NCBI GenBank assembly: GCA_945898055.1
Contig: CAMDGV010000012.1
Span: forward strand, 4,871 to 68,870
Direction of reading: 5' to 3'
Origin: Akkermansia muciniphila
GTDB lineage: Bacteria; Verrucomicrobiota; Verrucomicrobiia; Limisphaerales; UBA9464
DNA: 64,000 bases
In this document: piece after piece, positions 56,463 through 64,000 of the stretch
Layout: every line of letters starts with the position of its first letter
How positions within the stretch are numbered: the first letter of the stretch is position 1
Notes under the pieces: model-generated
The model's database searches: none
Told to the model about the DNA's origin: nothing
What the model saw: only the letters and a program-made list of their open reading frames with translations
Translations under genes and position numbers: made by a program

Positions 56463-56507
56463 GCACCCTCCTGTGGAAATTACCCGCAGGAAAAGTGTCC
56501 TATCTAC

Positions 56508-56915
56508 TCAGTGACGTAGGCGGCGCTTTAGATTGAGCTGAGTTAACGAATGCATCAGAGCGGACTGCACTGCAGCTTGCTCTTCGTCCCCCAATTTTTC
56601 AGCCAGACGGGCCTCTGCCCTCTTTCGCGCTTCTTCAGCACGGATCTCGTCAATATCATCCGCTTTGATCGCCATATCTGTCAGAATGGCGACTCGGTCA
56701 GCCGTGATCTCCACAAATCCCTCGCCAACAGCCACAAGGAAGTCCTGTCCGCCTCGACGTGCTAAGACTTCACCATGGACAATCTGCGTCATTAGTGGGA
56801 TGTGCATAGGAAAAATGCCCATTTCACCCTCGCTGCCGGGAAGGGTGACCATATCGACGTCCTCCGAAAAAATTCGGGCTTCGGGCGTGACGATTTCAAG
56901 TTTCAGTGTGGCCAT
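56508..56915 (-). CDS. atpC: F1 ATP synthase epsilon subunit
   Basis: LKLEIVTPE...VTLPGSEGEMGIFPMHIPL. It is the last gene of the atp operon. Confidence 0.9.
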   Translation of the reverse strand: MATLKLEIVTPEARIFSEDVDMVTLPGSEGEMGIFPMHIPLMTQIVHGEVLARRGGQDFLVAVGEGFVEITADRVAILTDMAIKADDIDEIRAEEARKRAEARLAEKLGDEEQAAVQSALMHSLTQLNLKRRLRH

Positions 56916-57004
56916 AGTGCGTTCTCAATTACTGGGCTCGAGGAACTGTCACAATCGGCAGGAATGCCAATGTGACCCCTTTTCTCGAAGCCGGTTTCCT
57001 ACCG

Positions 57005-58420
<1,416 letters not shown>

Positions 58421-59305
58421 TCAGTTGCCCATCGCCATAGCGGCGCTGGTAATTTCGAGAAGTTCCTTAGTGATATTCGCCTGACGAAGTTTGTTATACT
58501 CCAAGGTCAGGTCCTTAATGATCTGTTTGGCGTTATCGGTCGCGCTTTTCATTGCGACCATTCGCGCCGAATGCTCCGAAGCCTTCGCCTCTAAGAGCAT
58601 CTGAAAAATTTGAAAATTGACGTAGTGCGGAAGAAGATTGCCTAAAAAGTTAGGCGCACTGGGTTCGAAGGTAGTGTCTAAGCCCGTGATTCCTCTGAGT
58701 TCTTCCTTAATCCCAGCACCACGGATATCGGGGTCGAGCTTCTGAATCTTATCAAGAGGCAGCAGAGAGGTGAGTTCAGCCTTCTGGGTGAGTGTATTAA
58801 TATAGTTGGTGAACACCACATCCACAGCATCAACTTTACCGGATAAAAACAGTTCTTGGGCGAATTTGGAGATCGCACGTGCATCCTCAAATCGAGGGGT
58901 ATCCTTAGGGGAAAATTCTGCCAGCAGTTCGCGTCGGAGGCGGGCTACCCACTGACTACCCTTTCGTCCAGCCGTAATATAGACGGTTGTGGAGGCGGGT
59001 AGTTTGAACGCCTCGCGAAGGAGATTGGTGTTCAGTCCACCACAAAGACCTTTGTCCGTGCTGATAATGATCAAAGCACGTTTTTTGATCTCACGCCGTT
59101 CCATAAGCGGATGACTGAAGTCCCCAGCGCCAGAGATTGCTGCTCCGAGCACCTCATTCATCAGAAGGGCGTAAGGCCGGCCCGAAATGGCAGACTGCTG
59201 CGCCTTCCGCATCTTGGCTGAGGCGACCATTTGCATCGCCTTGGTGATCTGCGCTGTATTCTTGACCGACTTAATACGGCGCCGGATGTCGCGTGTGCTG
59301 GGCAT
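58421..59305 (-). CDS. atpG: F1 ATP synthase gamma subunit
   Basis: IRRRIKSVKNTAQITKAMQMVA...ITKELLEI. Confidence 0.95.
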   Translation of the reverse strand: MPSTRDIRRRIKSVKNTAQITKAMQMVASAKMRKAQQSAISGRPYALLMNEVLGAAISGAGDFSHPLMERREIKKRALIIISTDKGLCGGLNTNLLREAFKLPASTTVYITAGRKGSQWVARLRRELLAEFSPKDTPRFEDARAISKFAQELFLSGKVDAVDVVFTNYINTLTQKAELTSLLPLDKIQKLDPDIRGAGIKEELRGITGLDTTFEPSAPNFLGNLLPHYVNFQIFQMLLEAKASEHSARMVAMKSATDNAKQIIKDLTLEYNKLRQANITKELLEITSAAMAMGN

Positions 59306-59338
59306 GGCTTGGAAGAACGATTACAGACGACCGTCCAC

Positions 59339-60865
59339 TCAGCGATAGCTTTGCTTGAACTCAACAACGGCTGCCTTTAGTTCGGCGCCCAGCGCATCGC
59401 TGAATGCTTTTTCATTGCGAACTTTTTCCAGCAGAGACGCCTTCCGAGTTGTCAAGAAGTCGGTTAATTTAAGCTGGAAATTCTTCACCTTTTCTACCGG
59501 CACGTCATCCAAAAGCCCATTCTGCATTGTCCAAAGAATGGAGACCTGAATCTCGACTGGAATCGGATTGTACTGAGCTTGTTTGAAGAGTTCAACAATG
59601 CGCTTTCCACGTTCGAGAGTTGCCTGCGTCTTGGCATCCAAATCCGAACCAAATTGAGCGAAAGCAGCTAATTCTCGGAATTGCGCTAGATCTAACTTGA
59701 TCTTGCCAGCGACCTGTTTCATGGCCTTGATCTGGGCAGCAGATCCGACTCGACTCACAGACAGACCGACAGAAATCGCGGGTCGAACCCCTTGATAGAA
59801 GAGGTCGGTCTCCAAATAGATCTGACCGTCTGTAATGGAGATCACATTGGTCGGAATATAGGCAGACACGTCGCCCGCTTGGGTTTCAATGATCGGCAAT
59901 GCGGTCAATGACCCATTCCCGTTATTCTCGTTCAACCGAGCGGACCGTTCCAAAAGACGGCTGTGTAGATAGAAAACATCACCTGGATAGGCTTCACGTC
60001 CTGAGGGTCGTTTCAAAACCAAGGAAACTTGGCGATAAGCTGTTGCCTGTTTGGAGAGATCATCAAAAATGATCAATGCATCCATGCCATTATCCATAAA
60101 CCATTCACCCATCGCTGCACCTGAGAAGGGTGCTAGATATTGGTCAGCGGCTGAGTCGGATGCAGCAGCGGCGACGACAATAGTGTACTCCATAGCACCG
60201 GCGCGCTCTAGTTCAGCGACCACGCGAGCGATATTTGACTGCTTCTGTCCGATCGCAACGTAGATGTTATAGACAGGGCGAAAGTCTTTGTGATCTGAAT
60301 TCTGGCGATTAATCCGAGCCTGATTGATCATGGTGTCCACGCCAATCGTGGTTTTGCCGGTGGATCGGTCGCCAATGATCAATTCTCGCTGACCTCGCCC
60401 GATCGGAATCATCGCGTCAATCGCCATAATACCCGTCTGCAACGGTTGATTGACCGATTTGCGTTTAACGATACCCGAGGCGATTTTTTCGACTGGATAA
60501 ATTGCTGTTCCTTTCACCTCGCCCTTGCCGTCCAGAGGGCGACCCAAAACGTCGACTACTCGGCCGAGGAGACCTTTGCCCACGGGCACAGATAATAATT
60601 TCCCAGTGGTTTTAACTTCGGAACCTTCATGGAGGGAAGTGTAGTCGCCCATAATGATAGCGCCCACTTCGGTCTCTTCAAGATTCAGAGCCAAACCGAT
60701 GATGCCATTGCCAAAGTCGAGCATCTCGTTCGACATACAGGCCGAGAGGCCTTCGATCTTGCAGACACCGTCGGAAATTTCGCGGATATGCCCGATGTTT
60801 TGCTGGGTCACCGATGCCTTTGCACCGGCGATCTGGGCCTCAATTTCTTGGAGCAGGGAACTCAT
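59339..60865 (-). CDS. atpA: F1 ATP synthase alpha subunit
   Basis: [29 protein letters not shown]. Confidence 0.97.
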   Translation of the reverse strand: MSSLLQEIEAQIAGAKASVTQQNIGHIREISDGVCKIEGLSACMSNEMLDFGNGIIGLALNLEETEVGAIIMGDYTSLHEGSEVKTTGKLLSVPVGKGLLGRVVDVLGRPLDGKGEVKGTAIYPVEKIASGIVKRKSVNQPLQTGIMAIDAMIPIGRGQRELIIGDRSTGKTTIGVDTMINQARINRQNSDHKDFRPVYNIYVAIGQKQSNIARVVAELERAGAMEYTIVVAAAASDSAADQYLAPFSGAAMGEWFMDNGMDALIIFDDLSKQATAYRQVSLVLKRPSGREAYPGDVFYLHSRLLERSARLNENNGNGSLTALPIIETQAGDVSAYIPTNVISITDGQIYLETDLFYQGVRPAISVGLSVSRVGSAAQIKAMKQVAGKIKLDLAQFRELAAFAQFGSDLDAKTQATLERGKRIVELFKQAQYNPIPVEIQVSILWTMQNGLLDDVPVEKVKNFQLKLTDFLTTRKASLLEKVRNEKAFSDALGAELKAAVVEFKQSYR

Positions 60866-60892
60866 GTCTTCTGTGTGAATTGGGAGTGATCG

Positions 60893-61285
60893 TTAAAAAC
60901 TAGATTCTAGGGCGGTCAGACGCGACTTCACGGTGCCATCATAGACATCGCTGCCGATCTGAATACGTAAGCCACCAATAAGAGATGGATCTACGTGAAA
61001 TTCAAATTCGAGGCCGGGGCCGTACCGTCGAGTGAGTGAAGCCTTCAACTCGGCCATCAATGCATCGGAAGTTGGAACAGAGTTCTCGATCCGGACGGTG
61101 TGGGCTTCGATTTCAATCTGAACTAAGCGCTGAAAATGGGACAGAACAGCGAGATAATTCCTCGGTTTAGCGGCTAAAACCTGAGTAACAGTTTGACGCA
61201 CCCGATTCGAATCCAGAATCTCTTCACGACGACAGGCTAAAAAGAGATCCTTCGCGTCGCGACGTGCTTGTTTTCCGATTTTCAT
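60893..61285 (-). CDS. atpH: F1 ATP synthase delta (OSCP) subunit, unusually short (130 aa)
   Basis: The C-terminus is IGGLRIQIGSDVYDGTVKSRLTALE, and it occupies the canonical position between atpF and atpA. Only 28 nt separate it from atpF. Confidence 0.8.
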   Translation of the reverse strand: MKIGKQARRDAKDLFLACRREEILDSNRVRQTVTQVLAAKPRNYLAVLSHFQRLVQIEIEAHTVRIENSVPTSDALMAELKASLTRRYGPGLEFEFHVDPSLIGGLRIQIGSDVYDGTVKSRLTALESSF

Positions 61286-61313
61286 CTTGGTGACAGTGAC
61301 TTAGCGAAGAGGT

Positions 61314-61856
61314 TTAGGCGCTGAATTGCTGCTGTGTCTCCTGCGCGAGTCGTTGACGATCCTCGGCCGTTAGCATTTTGCCCGTGACTTGAATACTTGC
61401 GGCAACGACCAAGCGGCCCACTTCTTTACGGAGTTCCAACCGCATCCGATTGAGTTCCGCTTCATTGGCTTGTTTTGCTTTGGCGATGATATCTGCGGCA
61501 GCCGTGACGGCTCGCTGGATCTCCACTTCGGTGAGTTTGGCAGCAGCAACGCGAGCTTCTTCAATAATACGCGTGGTCTGAAGTCCGGTGGCGACGAGCA
61601 ATTCTTGAGACTTCTGCTGAGCACCAGCCAATTCACTTTTGGCTTGAGCGGCATTAGCCAAACCCAAAGCGATCGTTTTACGACGTTCCTCAAGAGTGGC
61701 TTGGATCGGGCCGATTGCCCACTTCTTCAGGACCAAAGCAACCAAGACAAAACTGATCGTGTTGGCGATCAACGCCGGAACGTTTGCACCAAAAGTCTTG
61801 GCGATCTGACCGATCGGACCAGCATCAGCGGCAGCAAGGATAAGAAGCGGGCTCAT
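61314..61856 (-). CDS. atpF: Fo ATP synthase b subunit
   Basis: N-terminal TM helix followed by a long charged helix, in the canonical position. Confidence 0.85.
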   Translation of the reverse strand: MSPLLILAAADAGPIGQIAKTFGANVPALIANTISFVLVALVLKKWAIGPIQATLEERRKTIALGLANAAQAKSELAGAQQKSQELLVATGLQTTRIIEEARVAAAKLTEVEIQRAVTAAADIIAKAKQANEAELNRMRLELRKEVGRLVVAASIQVTGKMLTAEDRQRLAQETQQQFSA

Positions 61857-61917
61857 CTATAGAGAATGGGAAAAGAGTAAAGGGAAGGCGAGGGAGGTGA
61901 GTCCCGCGCCGTAGGGG

Positions 61918-62127
61918 CTACTTACCGTTCCAAAGGAACAGGGCGAAGAACACGATTCCCTCGGCGAAAGCCGTGCTGAGGATCGCTTGAACTAGGATTT
62001 TGGTAGCCGCACCCGGGTTGCGACCGACCGCTTCCGCGGCGCTTTTACCAATTAAACCGACCCCGATGGCGGCCCCGAACGCGGCGGCGGCAACGTGGAT
62101 ATTACCAGATATTTCTGCGAGCATCAT
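61918..62127 (-). CDS. atpE: Fo ATP synthase c subunit
   Basis: A 69-aa hairpin with GRNPG in the loop and the carboxylate in AFAEGIVFFAL. Confidence 0.9.
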   Translation of the reverse strand: MMLAEISGNIHVAAAAFGAAIGVGLIGKSAAEAVGRNPGAATKILVQAILSTAFAEGIVFFALFLWNGK

Positions 62128-62195
62128 GATGATCTTTGCTTTTTTTTGTTACCTGATCGCCCCAGCAGACTAGCCACCGTCTGACGATCAAAATG

Positions 62196-63131
62196 TTAGT
62201 GGTGAGAGCCTTCCTCAGCGTGATCTTCGTCATGCGAGCAGATCAGCAGAGTGAAAACCGCCGTCAACAACATGAAAACCAAGGCTTGGACCAAGCCAAC
62301 CAAAAGTTCCATGAAATAAAAGGGTAAGGCCGTTAGAAATCCCCAGATGGGTCCGCCTAAATGGGTCATCGACTCGAGCATATTTTCGCCGGCAAACACA
62401 TTGCCATAGAGCCGGAAACTAAGGGAAACAGGCCTGAATAGAATAGAAACAACTTCGAGGAGGCCGACCGCAAAGAAGACGACGACCAAAAGAAGGCCCA
62501 TGAAACCTCCCAAGCCGCCTTTCGCTCCGAAAAGGTGCTTCACGAACCCGATAGGCCCATTGGCCTGCAAAGCCCAAATAATCCAAAGAAAGAAGAACAC
62601 CAGCGATAACGAGAGGGTCATATTGAAATCGGCGTTGGCGCCTCTTAGAAGAGGTTCAGTGACATGGAATCCATGATCGGTTGCAACGCCATATCCAATG
62701 GTGCCGACACCCGGCAGCAGGCCGAACCAATTGGTCGTCAGCACGAAGATAAAAAGAGCCGAGAAAAACCAGAAGGTCTTTTTGACTAAATCCGAGCCAA
62801 TGAGCCCTTCTAAAAAGTCATACAGGGATTCAACCAACCACTCCCAGAAATTCTGGGCACCCTCAGGGATCGCTTGAAGTTTGCCGATCCCGATACGGAC
62901 CGCAGCAATCAAGAGAAGCGAAACGACCCAAGTCAGGACCATCGAGTTGGTCACTGGCAGGGGGCCAATCTTAAAAAGAATCGGTGCAGCTGAGGGAAGG
63001 CCCTGCTCCGCTGATGCCACATGCTCCAAGGTGGCATGGGCTCCGGTAGCTAGGCCCGTTTCCGCGGCCATCGCCGTGAACCGGATGCCTATCAGGAGGA
63101 CGGCAGCTAAAAAAGTTTTGTACCAACGCAT
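62196..63131 (-). CDS. atpB: Fo ATP synthase a subunit (with a signal-like N-terminal extension of about 70 aa)
   Basis: SLSFRLYGNVFAGE contains the conserved Arg. The protein is polytopic. The ATG at 63131 is preferred to 63149. Confidence 0.9.
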   Translation of the reverse strand: MRWYKTFLAAVLLIGIRFTAMAAETGLATGAHATLEHVASAEQGLPSAAPILFKIGPLPVTNSMVLTWVVSLLLIAAVRIGIGKLQAIPEGAQNFWEWLVESLYDFLEGLIGSDLVKKTFWFFSALFIFVLTTNWFGLLPGVGTIGYGVATDHGFHVTEPLLRGANADFNMTLSLSLVFFFLWIIWALQANGPIGFVKHLFGAKGGLGGFMGLLLVVVFFAVGLLEVVSILFRPVSLSFRLYGNVFAGENMLESMTHLGGPIWGFLTALPFYFMELLVGLVQALVFMLLTAVFTLLICSHDEDHAEEGSHH

Positions 63132-63308
63132 GAAATTGAGTGTTAACAACCGACCTCCCAGCTAATCCGGCTCAAGTGTGTTGAGGTCTAAGTCGACGAA
63201 CTTTCAAGATGATTTCTAATTGTGAAAGTTTTTACAAGTGCTTTTGATTGAGATCCCTTTTCGACTAGGGCTGACACATTCCTCTCTCTTCCGTATTCTG
63301 AGGCCGAG

Positions 63309-63686
63309 ATGGCAAATTATTGGGAAGACATTGTTCGCATCGCCACCGATGAGGTGGCCGCTCTTATTAGAGCCATGCCCTCGGACCTTCAACCGCTCGC
63401 CTTAGCTCTACCGGTTCTTTACTTGGACTACCCAGACGACGCCCTACTAAGCGAGGGGTTGGACCCAGATTTATTGGGACTTTATACCGGCGACCCAGTT
63501 GGGATTGGTGGCGACGATGCGGGATCCAGCCCTCGAGAGATTCGTTTGTTCCTTCAGAATATTTGGGATTACGCCGCCGAAGAGGAGGCAATTTACCGGG
63601 AGGAAGTTCGTGTGACCTTTCTCCACGAATTCGGGCATTTTCTTGGGCTTGATGAAGACCAATTAGAGGAACGCGGTTTGATTTAA
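63309..63686 (+). CDS. Small zincin-like metallopeptidase-family protein (DUF1025-like)
   Basis: VTFLHEFGHFLGLDEDQLEERG carries an HExxH motif. The size of about 125 aa is typical of the family. Confidence 0.7.
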   Translation: MANYWEDIVRIATDEVAALIRAMPSDLQPLALALPVLYLDYPDDALLSEGLDPDLLGLYTGDPVGIGGDDAGSSPREIRLFLQNIWDYAAEEEAIYREEVRVTFLHEFGHFLGLDEDQLEERGLI

Positions 63687-64000
63687 TTTCGCGGGTTTTA
63701 CGCGCTGATAGGGGCGCCATCCCTCGAAGGATTTCCTCGGAGAGAGCTTTGATTAAAGGCGACGGGGGGTGATCAGGTCGTTTTCGGGCCACGATGCGAC
63801 TCTCTAAAAGGAACAGAGACGGGGGTATCGCTGGCATCCCGCTATTCGGAAAGGGGCCGAGTAATTCGCAAGGGCGGGGCGTCCCGCGTTTAAAGGATTG
63901 AGGCCGCGGATTGGCTACACTTTACGCTTCTTATTCTGTCCGGAAGTGATCCGGACCCTTGGCGGCTTTCTCGTCACCCGGTCGTTGCGTCAACGTTGCA

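Noticed and set aside
56466-56495. The hairpin cctgtgg-aaattac-ccgcagg between the convergent CotH and atpC genes, considered as a bidirectional terminator.
   Set aside because: The stem is short, at 7 bp including one G-U pair. Neither strand has a U-run 3' of the stem. The plus strand has AAAAG, and the minus strand has its T-run on the 5' side. It is not a canonical intrinsic terminator.
63367-63837. A 156-aa minus-strand ORF opposite the metallopeptidase-like gene.
   Set aside because: The plus-strand ORF carries an HExxH motif in a family-typical context. The antisense ORF is Pro/Arg-rich with no features.
63687-64000. Possible RNase P RNA (ggacagaataagaagcg), SRP RNA (gtccggaag…) or TPP riboswitch (gggatgccagcgataccccc on the minus strand).
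   Set aside because: Each resemblance covers only a few nucleotides. The obligatory partner elements are absent: the P4 CCCGG strand for RNase P, the GGAAGCAGCCAAGG context for SRP, and CUGAGA plus ACCUGAUC for TPP.

Overview
The window reads as a chromosomal segment of a PVC-type bacterium, most likely Verrucomicrobia. This placement is an inference from gene content: a G/FTLIE prepilin-like protein ending in 'DG-V', a PEP-CTERM-like tail, a fused MFS/spermidine-synthase, a DUF1080 fusion, and ACIII plus cbb3 oxidase.

Most of the window is housekeeping:
- An asmA-like / M20 peptidase / cobW-like operon.
- A tightly coupled 11-gene respiratory cluster, actABCDEF (Alternative Complex III), then an unknown ORF, then ccoS-ccoN-ccoO and a monohaem cytochrome c.
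- An M28 peptidase, PPK2 and an HscB-like J-protein.
- A two-component system with an upstream secreted helical protein, and an NHL propeller.
- One long co-directional array: CPBP protease, Nudix, fused MFS/spermidine synthase, livKHMGF.
- A TPR protein plus a trypsin-like protease.
- A membrane protein / pseudopilin / ABC-2 exporter operon.
- ppdK.
- A nucleotide-sugar cluster (uge, ugd, gmd, hldD, yhcH-like, fcl).
- A CotH-family protein.
- The complete F1Fo ATP synthase operon (atpBEFHAGDC).

The left 2.9 kb is a decayed mobile-element and type I restriction-modification mosaic. It holds IS66, hsdM, R-subunit and IS91-like remnants. Its only intact ORF is a four-helix-bundle protein with a C-terminal topoisomerase-type zinc ribbon. 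A second IS66 remnant lies at about 25.46 kb.

I saw no rRNA, tRNA or CRISPR array by eye.

I did not find a clear-cut novel multi-gene system. The best candidates for follow-up are:
- the intact four-helix-bundle/Zn-ribbon gene wedged between R-M fragments;
- the pseudopilin/ABC-2 operon;
- the (KAPA)x8 tail on PPDK;
- the CPBP ORF with a start-codon-less 5' extension;
- the uncharacterised ORF inside the ACIII-cbb3 cluster.

The ORF track uses ATG, GTG and TTG starts, so several starts were moved to internal ATGs as noted. All family assignments come from motif recognition by eye and need HMM or BLAST confirmation.
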